From the sequence record OR352945.1: DNA of 64,000 bases; one strand, given 5' to 3'. The stretch is from Escherichia phage AV115. Numbering within the stretch: position 1 is the first letter of the stretch; each line of letters begins with the position of its first letter. Made by a program: the position numbers and the translations under genes. The notes under the pieces are model-generated. The model made no database searches. It worked only from the letters and a program-made list of their open reading frames with translations, and was not told the DNA's origin. Below, in pieces: positions 10,948 to 21,119 of this stretch.

Positions 10948-11623
10948 ACGCAAAAGATACATAAAAACGAATAGCTTCCAATGCATTGATGACATGCAAA
11001 CAAAGATAAAGAGATTTCATTAGGTCTCGTTTAGCTTCGGTCTCTTGTTTAATAGCTCGGTTTAAACGAAGGTCGGCATCAGGAGATTCTTTAGCTTGTT
11101 CTACAAATTCTTTAGCATTTTCCCAATTACGAGTCTTGACTAGAACATCATCATAATATTTACCTATTGATTCAGCTCGTTTCATGATTGCTTCGTCTAA
11201 TACAATCTCATCAAATACTTTGGATGGATCGGTATAAAGATTTCGCATAATATGAGTATACGAACGAGAGTGAATAGTTTCACTGAATGTCCATGTTGCA
11301 ACCCACGTATCTAATGAAGGGTCGGAAAGCAGTGCCATAAGTACCGCAGATGGGGCCCTGCCTTGGATAGAATCTAATAATGATTGATACTTAAGGTTGT
11401 TTGTAAAGATGTCCTGTTGGAACTGAGGAAGCTTATTGAACTGGGCCGAATCCAGCATCAGGTTTACTTCTTCTGGTCGCCAGAAAAACGACAATTGCTT
11501 TTCAATAAGTTCTTCAAAAACTTTATGTCGCTGAATATCATAACGTGCGAGGCCAAGACCAGAACCAAAGAACATTGGTTCATTCAAAACATCGACTTGT
11601 TGTGTGTTAAAAACTGTACTCAT
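10948..11623 (-). CDS. nrdB: ribonucleotide reductase small subunit NrdB, exon 1
   Basis: N-terminal R2 sequence ending ...RFYVSFA then in-frame stop at exon/intron junction. Confidence 0.85.
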
Positions 11624-11678
11624 TATATTTTCTCACTTAGTTATTAACTCATCCATGAGTAAATTATAATCAAAAGTC

Positions 11679-13943
11679 TTAAAGCTTACAAGCAGAACAA
11701 TCTTCAGCTTTAGGTGTTTCTAATTCATAGTCATCTGTACCTGACCCATCACGAGTGTTATGATAGTAGAGGTTTTTTCCGCCAAAGTACCAGAAGTAAA
11801 GCAGATCGTCAAGCATTACTGACATTGGCACTTTACCTTTCTCAAATACTGCAGGGTCATAGTAAGTATTAGCAGAAGCAGATTGGCACACCCATTTCAA
11901 CATGATAGCAACTTGGGTCAAATAAGGTTTATTACCTTTCTTAGCAAGTTTCCACGCGTAGTCGTAAAGACTCATGTTATGTTCTATATTAGGAACAACC
12001 TGTCGGAAGTTGCCTTCTTTAGATTCTTTAATACTTACAGGTCCACGAGGTGGTTCTATACCATTTGTGCTATTTGAGACTTGACTGCTTGACTCACAAG
12101 GCATGAGTGCAGACAACGTTGAGTTACGAATTCCATGTTCTTTGAGTTCAGCTCGAAGTTCTTCCCAGTCACAGACATAGTTCGGGGCTGCGATTTGGTC
12201 AATCTTTTTATTGTACCAGTCGATAGGTAATTCGCCTCTAGACCATTTAGTGTCTGAATAATACTCACAAGGTCCTTTTTCTTTGGCGAGTTTGATTGAT
12301 GCTTTGATAAGGCCATATTGCAATCTCTCGAACAATTCATGGGTCAAATCGTTAGCGTCTTCATATGAAGCAAAGTTAGAAGCTAACCATGCAGCATAGT
12401 TCGTCACACCAACACCGAGATTTCGACGCTTTTTAGCTTTTAAAGCTTCTGGAACCGGATAATCTTGATAGTCTAACAGGTTATCAAGTGCACGTACTTG
12501 TACTTCAGCAAGTTCATTAATTTTATCTTGGTCTTGCCAATCAAATTTATCTAATACAAAAGCAGATAATGTGCATAAACCAATTTCAGCATCAGGACCA
12601 TTCACATCATTAGTTGGAATAGCGATTTCACAACATAAGTTACTCTGACGAATTGGAGCTTTTTCACGAATAAACGGAGTGTAGTTATTCGTGTTATCAA
12701 CAAACTGTGGATAAATTCGAGCAGTGCCAGAACGTTCAGTCATGAACAATTCAAAGAGTTCTAGTGCTTTGATTCTTTTCTTTCTGATTGTTGGGTCTTT
12801 TTCAGCTTTCTCATAAAGCTCACGGAATTTATCTTGATCTTCAAAGAACGAGTAGTATAGTTCACCTGACATTTCGTGAGGGCTAAATAAAGTAATATAA
12901 TCATTTTTACCAAGGCGTTCCATCATAAGGTCATTAATCTGAATTCCGTAGTCCATATGTCGAATACGGTTTTCATCCACGCCTTTGTTATTTTTCAGAA
13001 CTAATAGGTTCTCTACTTCTAAGTGCCACATCGGATAATACGCTGTAGCAGCACCACCACGAATACCACCTTGAGAACAAGATTTTACTGCAGTTTGGAA
13101 ATGTTTCCAGAATGGAATAACACCTGTATGTCGAACTTCACCCGTACCGATCTTAGAACCTTCTGCACGAAGCATACCAACGTTGATACCGATACCAGCT
13201 CGTTTAGAAATATATTCAATAATTGATGCTGAAGTTTTGTTAATAGATTTTAACGAATCACCTGCTTCAATAACTACACAACTAGAGAACTGGCGAGTTG
13301 GAGTACGAGCACCTGCCATAATTGGGGTTGGCAATGAAACTTGATGAGTAGAAACGGCATCATAAAAACGAATAATATGTTTCAAACGGTCATGAGTTTC
13401 GTCTTGGTGTAAGGCCATGCCAATAGCCATGATAGCAAACTGGGGAGTTTCATAAATCTTCCCAGTTGTTTTATCTTTAACTAGATATTTTTCTTTAAGC
13501 TGCATAGCACCAGCATAAGTCAGGTCAAAGTCTCGTTCATGTTTAATCTGTGAATCGAGATAAATGATTTCTTCTGCTGAATATTGAGACAACAGCTCAG
13601 GGTCATATTTGCCTTCATTAACACAGTAAGAAATATGGTCTATAAAAGCAGGCGGTTCAAACTGCCCATATACATCTTTACGAAGTGCAAACATTAGCCC
13701 TTTGGCGGCGACATACTGATAATCAGGTTCTTCGACAGAAATCAAGTTAGCTGCAACTTTAATACAAATCTTCTGAATATCTTTGGTGCTCATCCCGTCG
13801 ACAAGATGGGTCTTAATTTCTTCATACAATTCGTATGGGTCGATTTGTGTTCCTTCACACTGCCAAGTTAATACTTGAATAATTTTCTGTGCATCAAAAT
13901 TTTGGGATACACCTGAATTTTTCACTACTTTAAAATTATACAT
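11679..13943 (-). CDS. nrdA: ribonucleotide reductase large subunit NrdA
   Basis: 754 aa; class Ia R1 features; T4 length and synteny. Confidence 0.95.
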   Translation of the reverse strand: MYNFKVVKNSGVSQNFDAQKIIQVLTWQCEGTQIDPYELYEEIKTHLVDGMSTKDIQKICIKVAANLISVEEPDYQYVAAKGLMFALRKDVYGQFEPPAFIDHISYCVNEGKYDPELLSQYSAEEIIYLDSQIKHERDFDLTYAGAMQLKEKYLVKDKTTGKIYETPQFAIMAIGMALHQDETHDRLKHIIRFYDAVSTHQVSLPTPIMAGARTPTRQFSSCVVIEAGDSLKSINKTSASIIEYISKRAGIGINVGMLRAEGSKIGTGEVRHTGVIPFWKHFQTAVKSCSQGGIRGGAATAYYPMWHLEVENLLVLKNNKGVDENRIRHMDYGIQINDLMMERLGKNDYITLFSPHEMSGELYYSFFEDQDKFRELYEKAEKDPTIRKKRIKALELFELFMTERSGTARIYPQFVDNTNNYTPFIREKAPIRQSNLCCEIAIPTNDVNGPDAEIGLCTLSAFVLDKFDWQDQDKINELAEVQVRALDNLLDYQDYPVPEALKAKKRRNLGVGVTNYAAWLASNFASYEDANDLTHELFERLQYGLIKASIKLAKEKGPCEYYSDTKWSRGELPIDWYNKKIDQIAAPNYVCDWEELRAELKEHGIRNSTLSALMPCESSSQVSNSTNGIEPPRGPVSIKESKEGNFRQVVPNIEHNMSLYDYAWKLAKKGNKPYLTQVAIMLKWVCQSASANTYYDPAVFEKGKVPMSVMLDDLLYFWYFGGKNLYYHNTRDGSGTDDYELETPKAEDCSACKL

Positions 13944-14583
13944 AATAATTCCATGTTGGATAATTTGATGATTTTAGACGGCGTCTAACCGTTTGGGTGC
14001 TCATAGATAAAATTATTGACGCTTCATTTAATGTATCATATATTACGTCGTTTATAATTACTTTCTTTGCAAATGGATTCTTAGCTCCTATCATAGCGTT
14101 AGAAATAGCTTGCTTAGTTGATTCTTTTAATGGGACTCCTTTAGAAATTTTTGTTTTAATTTTTATATTGTATTGTCCGCGTTTTTTACCTAATAAAGAA
14201 TTTCGTATCTTTTCTTTAGTCTCTTCAGATTTAACATGTCCTAGTTTGGAACGAGATATTTTATCTTTTGTTTTTTGGTCTAATTTTCGCCCTTTAAGCA
14301 AATCAACCATTTTTGCTCTAGCCCATCCAAATTCTTTATTATTTCTAGAACTCATTAAATTAACCGCGGTTGCTAAACCTAAATTGTTCGGATATATTTT
14401 TAATAAAAGAAGATGAGCCAAATAATGTTCTGAATATGTTAATTTAACTAGATTGTATGACTCATTGGTGCCACCTAAACATTTTGGGATTATATGATGC
14501 CATTCACCATCGATATCTTCAAAATTTCTTTCTTTATTTACTAAGTTTTTATATATTTTTAAATAATCCATAGTATAATCCAC
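13936..14583 (-). CDS. free-standing HNH homing endonuclease (215 aa)
   Basis: HHIIPKCLGGTNESYNLVKLTYSEHYLAH motif; 3-prime end overlaps nrdA start by 8 nt. Confidence 0.75.
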   Translation of the reverse strand: MDYTMDYLKIYKNLVNKERNFEDIDGEWHHIIPKCLGGTNESYNLVKLTYSEHYLAHLLLLKIYPNNLGLATAVNLMSSRNNKEFGWARAKMVDLLKGRKLDQKTKDKISRSKLGHVKSEETKEKIRNSLLGKKRGQYNIKIKTKISKGVPLKESTKQAISNAMIGAKNPFAKKVIINDVIYDTLNEASIILSMSTQTVRRRLKSSNYPTWNYYV

Positions 14584-14646
14584 TTTGTAGTATCAACGGG
14601 ATAGTATTTATCCCGTTAATTTATTATACACTTTTAAACTGAAGCG

Positions 14647-14901
14647 TTAATTATCCTCAGCAATAATTTCTTCGTATTCTTTAGGTGTCAAGACCGTGAT
14701 ATTGAAATAAACCAACGGTTCTTTTTCCACACCGTAACCACCACAGAATTCACGATATTCATAAATTCGTTCATGTGAATAACAAATGAATCGTTCACCT
14801 TTAACTATGATTTCACTATTCGGTGAAGGGATATCTAGTTCGGTAGGATTTTTCATTTCAAAAATTGTGGTGCCATATGAATTAATAAAACGTAAAATCA
14901 T
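14647..14901 (-). CDS. hypothetical protein (84 aa)
   Basis: ORF between td exon 2 and the HNH gene. Confidence 0.45.
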   Translation of the reverse strand: MILRFINSYGTTIFEMKNPTELDIPSPNSEIIVKGERFICYSHERIYEYREFCGGYGVEKEPLVYFNITVLTPKEYEEIIAEDN

Positions 14902-14902
14902 T

Positions 14903-15214
14903 TTATACCGCCATTTTAGCTTTGATAGCTGGATGTGATTCGTAATTTTTAAGAACGAAATCAGAATGTGTCATCGTTCCGGTAACCCAGTCCATTTGGA
15001 TTTTTGTAGGCCAATTCTCAAAATTACTAGGCCAATTAATTTCAAGAGAACATAACTCTTTAGGTTCATGACGAAGAACTTCTTTGCATTGTTCTACATG
15101 ATTGCTGTAGATATGCGTGTTGCCGCCTGAGAACACTAAATCACCTGGGATAAGGTTACACATCTTCGCTACAATATGTGTCAAGGCAGCGTACGAGGCG
15201 ATGTTGAACGGTAG
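14903..15214 (-). CDS. td: thymidylate synthase, exon 2
   Basis: Begins LPFNIASYA..., matching recalled T4 td after the intron. Confidence 0.9.
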   Translation of the reverse strand, partial: LPFNIASYAALTHIVAKMCNLIPGDLVFSGGNTHIYSNHVEQCKEVLRHEPKELCSLEINWPSNFENWPTKIQMDWVTGTMTHSDFVLKNYESHPAIKAKMAV

Positions 15215-16230
15215 CATTATGTTCAGATAAGGTCGTTAATCTTATCCCGGAATTATATCCAGCTGCATGTCACCATGCAGAGCAGACTATATCTCCAACT
15301 TGTTAAAGCAAGTTGTCTATCGTTTCGAGTCACTTGACCCTACTCCCTAAAGGGATAGTCGTTAGGCATTTATGTAGAACCAATTCCACTTATCAGATTT
15401 TACACGGTAAGTAACTAATCCTGATGAAATTTCAAAATGTCTAGCCGCATCGGCTGCACATTCAAAAATAATCCCATCGCATGAAATCTTTTTGATGTTA
15501 GCTGGCTTTTTGCCTTTCATCTTTTCAGATAGTTTAGTTTTAGTTTTTTCTGAATGTTTGTGATTAAAGAACGGGTTATTTTCACCTGAACGTTTTCGGC
15601 ACTTTCCACAAGTATCGGCCGAAGATGGTATGCGAACACCGCATTTACAAAACTTGTGGTTTTCTGGATTCCATCGGCCATTTTTACTTCCGTGTTTACC
15701 ATAAAGAGCTTTCCGACCATCAGGACCAAGCTTAAGCATCTTAGCTTTAACAGTTTCAGCTCGTTTCTTAGCAATTTCTTCTTTTAATGGATGATTTGAA
15801 AGCACATCGCCAAAAGACGCATCAGCAATATTATATCCATTAATTTTAGAATTTAGCTCTTTAATCCAAAAATTTTCTCGTTCAATAATCAAATCTTTCT
15901 CATATGGAATTTCTTCCAGTATAGAGCATTCAAAAACATTACCATGTTTATTAAAAGACCTTTGAAATTTTATAGAAGAGTGAACACCGTTTTCAAGGTC
16001 TTTAAAATGTCTCTTCCATCTTTTCTCAAAATCTTTAGCACTTCCAACATACACTTTACCGTTTAAAGTGTTTTTAATCTGATAAATTCCGCTTTTCATA
16101 AACACCTCTTTTTATATAGAAGTATTTATTAAAGGGTAGTCCTACAATTTAGCACGGGATTGTCTACTAGAGAGGTCCCCCGTTTAGATAGATTACAAGT
16201 ATAAGTCACCTTATACCTAGGCCTAAATTA
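15215..16230 (-). mobile_element. group I intron in td (1016 nt)
   Basis: 5-prime end TAATTTAGGCCTAGGTATAAGGTGACTTATAC and 3-prime end GAACATAATG on the minus strand; length equals recalled T4 td intron. Confidence 0.9.
15362..16099 (-). CDS. GIY-YIG homing endonuclease I-TevI
   Basis: 245 aa from ATG 16097-16099; MKSGIYQIKNTLNGKVYVGSAKDFEKRWKRH closely matches recalled I-TevI. Confidence 0.9.
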   Translation of the reverse strand: MKSGIYQIKNTLNGKVYVGSAKDFEKRWKRHFKDLENGVHSSIKFQRSFNKHGNVFECSILEEIPYEKDLIIERENFWIKELNSKINGYNIADASFGDVLSNHPLKEEIAKKRAETVKAKMLKLGPDGRKALYGKHGSKNGRWNPENHKFCKCGVRIPSSADTCGKCRKRSGENNPFFNHKHSEKTKTKLSEKMKGKKPANIKKISCDGIIFECAADAARHFEISSGLVTYRVKSDKWNWFYINA

Positions 16231-16779
16231 ACCTAAGAAAACATCTACACTGCGTTGATACCATTGTAAATCAAGATGACCATTACGCACATTGAACTGA
16301 TAGAACATATGGCAAGGAGGAAGAGCCATTTGATTTATTTCAGCCGGATTCCAGGCAGAAACAATTTGACGACGATCAGTTGGTAATTTTTTAATACGGT
16401 CGATTGTTTCAACTAATTGGTCTACACCACCAAAATCACGCCATTGCTTACCATAAATAGGACCAAGTTCGCCGCTATGATATCCAAGGTCTTTTGCCTG
16501 ATTTTCATAGTTGTCGTCCCAAATAGTTTTACCTTGAATAAGACTACCATGAGTACGAATACGCAAATCATTAACATTGGTAGAACCAGACATGAACCAC
16601 AGTAACTCGGCAATACAAGCTTTCCATGCTAATTTCTTAGTTGTTACTGCAGGAAATCCTTTAGTAAGGTCCCAACGTAATTTAGTTCCGAACAGGGCAA
16701 TAGTGCCGGTACCTGTACGGTCGTCTGTTTCGTAGCCATTTTCTAAGATATCTTTAATCAGGTATTGGTATTGTTTCAT
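16231..16779 (-). CDS. td: thymidylate synthase, exon 1
   Basis: Ends ...SVDVFLG; in-frame TAA is the first three intron nucleotides. Confidence 0.9.
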
Positions 16780-17363
16780 TTATATACGCTCTCAGTAATT
16801 TCGGTGAGTTCATCGATTCTGTAGTAATGAGATTCTACCATAGAACGTTGAAGCATAATATCTTGGACGAAATCTTTATCAAGTTGAACATCGGAATTAA
16901 CACGACATTTCTTAATGATTTTAGTCATCACGATTTCATCGGCATAAGGCAGTGCTTGTTTTAATAGAGCAGGGCCACCAATAATAGATACATCAACATG
17001 TTCAGTAGAAAGTTTAAACGGTACGTCAGTTGCAGGGCTAAACAGGTTAATTTCACCACCCGTTACCAAGGTAATAAATTCTGCTTGGGTGATATAGAAC
17101 CGTGCAAGTTCGTTGGTTTTGGTCCTAGGCAGTTTTCTGGCCATATCAGTGACAACCACATGAGTACGATCCTGGAGTAGACGAGGTAATGATGCAAAAG
17201 TCTTAGCACCCATAACCATTACAGTGTTTTTAGTGCGAGCAACAAAGTTACTCATATCTTGTTTGATATGCTTCCATGGAAGTCCATCACCTAATCCAAA
17301 AGCATATTCCAGTTTATCATCAACTGTTTTAGTCGGAGCGCATGCGAATACTAATTTAAGCAT
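16776..17363 (-). CDS. frd: dihydrofolate reductase
   Basis: 195 aa; matches recalled T4 Frd (GLGDGLPW...VIGGPALL...ALPYADE). Confidence 0.9.
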   Translation of the reverse strand: MLKLVFACAPTKTVDDKLEYAFGLGDGLPWKHIKQDMSNFVARTKNTVMVMGAKTFASLPRLLQDRTHVVVTDMARKLPRTKTNELARFYITQAEFITLVTGGEINLFSPATDVPFKLSTEHVDVSIIGGPALLKQALPYADEIVMTKIIKKCRVNSDVQLDKDFVQDIMLQRSMVESHYYRIDELTEITESVYK

Positions 17364-17366
17364 TTT

Positions 17367-17615
17367 TTATTTCCTCAGATTTTTCTTAACAACTTTCCAA
17401 TCAGCTTTAAACGATTCAACATCAGAGTGGTGAATCCAGAATCCTGCACTTTCACCATCTTCGTAGAGTGGACATCCATCGCATTCTTCGTTCCAACCCA
17501 TTTCACGTAAAGCTTCTTCAGCTTGTTCAAGGAGTTCAGCGTCTTTACCAACGATGTTGAAGTACCATTTACCTCTAACTTCAGAATCTTTGATGCTCTG
17601 GCGTTGCAATCTCAT
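17367..17615 (-). CDS. hypothetical protein (82 aa)
   Basis: Start moved to ATG 17613-17615 with AAGGAG RBS. Confidence 0.5.
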   Translation of the reverse strand: MRLQRQSIKDSEVRGKWYFNIVGKDAELLEQAEEALREMGWNEECDGCPLYEDGESAGFWIHHSDVESFKADWKVVKKNLRK

Positions 17616-17677
17616 TTTATTCTCCTTCACTTTTGATTTGATAGGGCTACTATAACATAACCCTATCTGATTATACA

Positions 17678-18070
17678 CTACTTTTTAAAAGTTTTTTGCA
17701 AAAGTTTGATGATTTCGTCGACGTTGGTTTCATCTACGATACAATGGATTTTTGTTACACCTAAAGTTATACCTTCGTTAGTAGGTTGAGGCTTTACTAA
17801 ATCTACTTCAATAAAGTATTTGAACTCGTCAGGATAAATCTCGAAATAAGTTTCAATTTCACCACCGGCAGAACATACAGTACCGTCTTCCATAGTTACA
17901 CTTACTACGTTTGACGTATCGCTATCATAATCAGGTTCCATTCCGTTTACAACAAAACTAGGCCCATGGAGTTCAATCAATTTTAACATCTTAGCGTTAT
18001 TGTGTGGTGCTTCTTGAACAAAGTCGTCTTTAAATAAAGGGTTAATGATATAAGATTTTCCGATTTCCAT
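17678..18070 (-). CDS. hypothetical protein (130 aa)
   Basis: ATG with GAGGAA RBS; early promoter at 18095-18129. Confidence 0.5.
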   Translation of the reverse strand: MEIGKSYIINPLFKDDFVQEAPHNNAKMLKLIELHGPSFVVNGMEPDYDSDTSNVVSVTMEDGTVCSAGGEIETYFEIYPDEFKYFIEVDLVKPQPTNEGITLGVTKIHCIVDETNVDEIIKLLQKTFKK

Positions 18071-18094
18071 TTTGATTTCCTCATGTTGTTGATA

Positions 18095-18129
18095 GGTCTA
18101 TACTAACACATCCAGGTAAGAAGTAAACA
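18095..18129 (-). promoter_or_regulatory. T4-type early promoter
   Basis: Minus strand GTTTAC, 17 nt, TAGTAT. Confidence 0.5.
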
Positions 18130-18159
18130 ACTTTTTCGGCAATTTACAGATACTCAAAA

Positions 18160-18177
18160 GGGAGACCGAAGTCTCCC
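18160..18177 (-). terminator. intrinsic terminator after gene 32
   Basis: GGGAGAC-UUCG-GUCUCCC then CUUUUG on minus transcript. Confidence 0.6.
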
Positions 18178-18183
18178 AATTTA

Positions 18184-19083
18184 TTATAGACCAGCTAACA
18201 GGTCATCGAGGTCACCATCGTCAGAAGACGAGGAACTCATGAAGTCATCTTCAGTTTTTGCAGAACCAAAGGCTTCCATGTCTTTATCAAAATCGTCAAG
18301 GTCAGAAGCAACTTTATCTGCAACAGAAGCTGCTGCGGCTGCTGCACCACCAAGAGCGGCAGTACCAAGAACTTGATTAAATTTAGTATTCAATTCTTCA
18401 AACGATTTGAACTTATCTTTAGAAGTCATTTCAGAAAGGTCGACCATTTGTTCGAACAATTCTTTCTGGAAAGATTCATCATCAATGTTTGGAATCGCAG
18501 ATTGATTCAGGAATTTAGATTCGTCGTAGTTACTGAAACCAGAAACCTGTTTAACTTTCAGCACAAAGTTAGCACCTTCCCACGGGCAAGTTACATCAAC
18601 AGGAGTTTCACCCATTTCAGTATCGACTGCAATCATTGCATTGATTTTGTCCCAAATCTTTTTACCGAAACGATATTTGAATACTTTACCTTCATTATCT
18701 GGAGCTTGAGGGTCTTTAACAACCAGAATATTAGCCCAATAAGAAGTTTTACGTTTCAGTTGAGAATATTCAGTTTTGTTGGTATTGTACAGGTCATTTT
18801 TACTAATGTACTGACATACAGGACAAGAGTCATAATCGCCGTGTGTAGATGAACAGGTTTCAATATACCATTTACCATTTTTCTTGAACCCGTGGTTAAC
18901 AAGAATTGTAAACGGAAGTGCGTCATCTGTTTTTGCCGGCAGGAAACGAATTACCGCTTGACCATTACCGGATGCATCGAGTTTCAGCTTCCATTCACCT
19001 TTATCTTCTGAAGAGAAACCTTTGTTACCATTCAGTTTAGCCATCTGAGCTGCGAGGTCTGCGGTACTTTTACGTTTAAACAT
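18184..19083 (-). CDS. 32: single-stranded DNA-binding protein gp32
   Basis: 299 aa; near-identical to recalled T4 gp32 including acidic C-terminus. Confidence 0.95.
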   Translation of the reverse strand: MFKRKSTADLAAQMAKLNGNKGFSSEDKGEWKLKLDASGNGQAVIRFLPAKTDDALPFTILVNHGFKKNGKWYIETCSSTHGDYDSCPVCQYISKNDLYNTNKTEYSQLKRKTSYWANILVVKDPQAPDNEGKVFKYRFGKKIWDKINAMIAVDTEMGETPVDVTCPWEGANFVLKVKQVSGFSNYDESKFLNQSAIPNIDDESFQKELFEQMVDLSEMTSKDKFKSFEELNTKFNQVLGTAALGGAAAAAASVADKVASDLDDFDKDMEAFGSAKTEDDFMSSSSSDDGDLDDLLAGL

Positions 19084-19150
19084 TTTATTTGCCTTTATTT
19101 AGATTATTAATTAAATTTTACAGTTGGTTGCTACGACACTTATACCTCGT
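19084..19150 (-). promoter_or_regulatory. gene 32 5-prime leader, putative autoregulatory operator
   Basis: Unstructured AU-rich leader before the gene 32 ATG; T4 gp32 autoregulation is established. Confidence 0.4.
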
Positions 19151-19163
19151 AGCTGGTATGATT

Positions 19164-19171
19164 TATTTATA
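19164..19171 (-). promoter_or_regulatory. late promoter (TATAAATA) upstream of gene 32
   Basis: Exact TATAAATA on minus strand about 80 nt upstream of gene 32 start. Confidence 0.55.
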
Positions 19172-19200
19172 AAGTAATTTTAACACACAAGAAATAAAGC

Positions 19201-19854
19201 TTAATACTTACATGATTTGATTGTTTCTATGAACAATTTCTTAGCAGCATTTCTATCGATTTGAAGTATTTTTCGATATGCCTTTAATTTGGTAGAATAA
19301 TTTTGCCAGACTAAGTTATCGGTGAGTTCGTCGTGCTTATCTATAATATTCAAAAACGAGTCCAACAATAAGAAAGTTTCAAATGAAATTATATTGCTTT
19401 GTAGCAATTTAAATATGTAGCTCGACTGAACGTTGTTATTATAATCAAATATCTCTTGAAGCGCACTAACTTCAACTTTCTTACTGAAATAGTAGATGTT
19501 ACGTACGTCTTCAGCAAACGTCTCCTTGGCTTGTTTGAGACGTCCAATATATTCCCTATAGAAAACTAATGCATCAGCGTCTGATATCTCACCAATCCAT
19601 GCGTCTTGGTTAGCAACTAAGTTGCTTATGAATATCAAGGTGAGTTCCTTCAATTTATATTTCTCTGCTAGTTTTTCAAAGAAATATTTATCTCGGCGTT
19701 TTTGATACGCATTATCCGAAACACGCATGCACCAGTTATATTTGATTACGTCATACCGACCACCAAAGTGGTTTTTGCACATCAAGTATAGTTTATATAC
19801 TGATTTTCCATTAATATAACGTTCTCCGTCAGGAGGCATGCGTATTTTAATCAT
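19201..19854 (-). CDS. 59: helicase loader gp59
   Basis: 217 aa; near-identical to recalled T4 gp59. Confidence 0.9.
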   Translation of the reverse strand: MIKIRMPPDGERYINGKSVYKLYLMCKNHFGGRYDVIKYNWCMRVSDNAYQKRRDKYFFEKLAEKYKLKELTLIFISNLVANQDAWIGEISDADALVFYREYIGRLKQAKETFAEDVRNIYYFSKKVEVSALQEIFDYNNNVQSSYIFKLLQSNIISFETFLLLDSFLNIIDKHDELTDNLVWQNYSTKLKAYRKILQIDRNAAKKLFIETIKSCKY

Positions 19855-20530
19855 AGTTCCATCCAGGCCATTTTGAAGATTTAAGTCTATATGTAACTAA
19901 AGACGCAGAAATATTAAAAACATTTGAAACTTCTTTACACGAGGCGTATTTTACACCATCAATAATTATAGGTTTTTGTTTTTTAATAGTTCTTTCTTTA
20001 GAATGCGGCTTTGAATTTGCTATTCTAAGAGCTTCTTTGGTTGAATCAGGCATCGGCTTATTCGTTTTTCGCCCTTTTCGGACTTTACTCAAGGCCAATT
20101 TGTGAGCTTCAGATAGTTTCTTACCCTTATTAGGTGACGGTATTTTTCTTTCTAGTCTTGTTTTAGATACTTTAGCCTTAGTCTCTTCAGATCTAGGTTT
20201 ACCTAATTTAGAAAGTGAAATAGACCTTTTAGCTTCATCACTTTGTTTTTTACCAGGACCACCTTTACCACCGGGAACTAAGTTATAAGTATCATCTCGC
20301 AAAACAAAATCTTCATTAACCAATTCTGCTTCTTTTTTATAGGCGTCCTTGTCATTATCATATTCATAAAGAATTTCGGTATAAAAATTTTTTAGTCCAT
20401 ATTTAGCTTTGGCCGCTAATATAGCGCGGCCTGATCCAATATACCAATCTTTCTCTTTATGTTTTTTGTGTACGCCTATATAAATTTTACCATTTATTTT
20501 ATTGGTAGTTTTATACACAACGTATTTCAT
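19847..20530 (-). CDS. free-standing GIY-YIG homing endonuclease (seg-like, 227 aa)
   Basis: N-terminal VVYKTTNKINGKIYIGVH GIY-YIG motif, basic C-terminal DNA-binding region. Confidence 0.75.
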   Translation of the reverse strand: MKYVVYKTTNKINGKIYIGVHKKHKEKDWYIGSGRAILAAKAKYGLKNFYTEILYEYDNDKDAYKKEAELVNEDFVLRDDTYNLVPGGKGGPGKKQSDEAKRSISLSKLGKPRSEETKAKVSKTRLERKIPSPNKGKKLSEAHKLALSKVRKGRKTNKPMPDSTKEALRIANSKPHSKERTIKKQKPIIIDGVKYASCKEVSNVFNISASLVTYRLKSSKWPGWNYD

Positions 20531-20865
20531 AATAAGAAATCTAGCGTATTAGTTTTTTCACCACGAGCAACTGATGGGCGAAGCATGTTTTCGTCAATTG
20601 CTTCGCTTGTAATTTTTTCAACAATTCCTGTAGGAATAAATTTAGCAAATTGTGTTTCTGGAATAGAATTTTCTTCCAAGAAAGCAGTTGTTGCTTCTAA
20701 ATAAGACATACCAAATTGTTCAACCATGGATTCGATAATGAATCCGTTTTCTTGACGGTCAAGCAATTTAGCGATATCATCTTTATCGTGTTTTACTGCT
20801 AATTCTTGTTCAGATAAACCGGCCTCATCAACCGGTTTAATATCACTTAGTGAAAACTGTGTCAT
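20527..20865 (-). CDS. 33: late transcription co-activator gp33
   Basis: 112 aa; near-identical to recalled T4 gp33. Confidence 0.85.
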   Translation of the reverse strand: MTQFSLSDIKPVDEAGLSEQELAVKHDKDDIAKLLDRQENGFIIESMVEQFGMSYLEATTAFLEENSIPETQFAKFIPTGIVEKITSEAIDENMLRPSVARGEKTNTLDFLL

Positions 20866-21112
20866 AAAGCTCGACTACCTCTTCGTTTTCAGCTTCAAAT
20901 TGGTCACGAGCGTCTTTATGATAAAGAGCTAACAAACGATTAAACATTTTTCCATCGACACCAAGCTCTTCTTTAGCACGAGTACGAATGTCTTTAATCA
21001 GTTCATTATAACCAGAAATTTTAAGTTTGTTATCGGAAGCTTCCTTGACTAGTTTAGCCAGTTCTTCACCATGCACATCTTGATTAAATTCAACTGCTTC
21101 TTTCTTAGCCAT
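20843..21112 (-). CDS. dsbA: dsDNA-binding late transcription protein DsbA
   Basis: 89 aa from internal ATG (MAKKEAVEF...); track ORF has a 6-codon N-terminal extension. Confidence 0.7.
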   Translation of the reverse strand: MAKKEAVEFNQDVHGEELAKLVKEASDNKLKISGYNELIKDIRTRAKEELGVDGKMFNRLLALYHKDARDQFEAENEEVVELYDTVFTK

Positions 21113-21119
21113 GTTTACC

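Noticed and set aside
12056-13226. Internal ORFs within nrdA (12056-12340 minus, 13023-13226 plus, 11883-12077 plus)
   Set aside because: Out-of-frame or antisense to the 754-aa NrdA ORF.
14598-14620. Inverted repeat AACGGGATA...TATCCCGTT between the HNH gene and the 84-aa ORF
   Set aside because: Noted as a possible hairpin, but no adjacent U-tract or recurrence; too weak to call a terminator or binding site.
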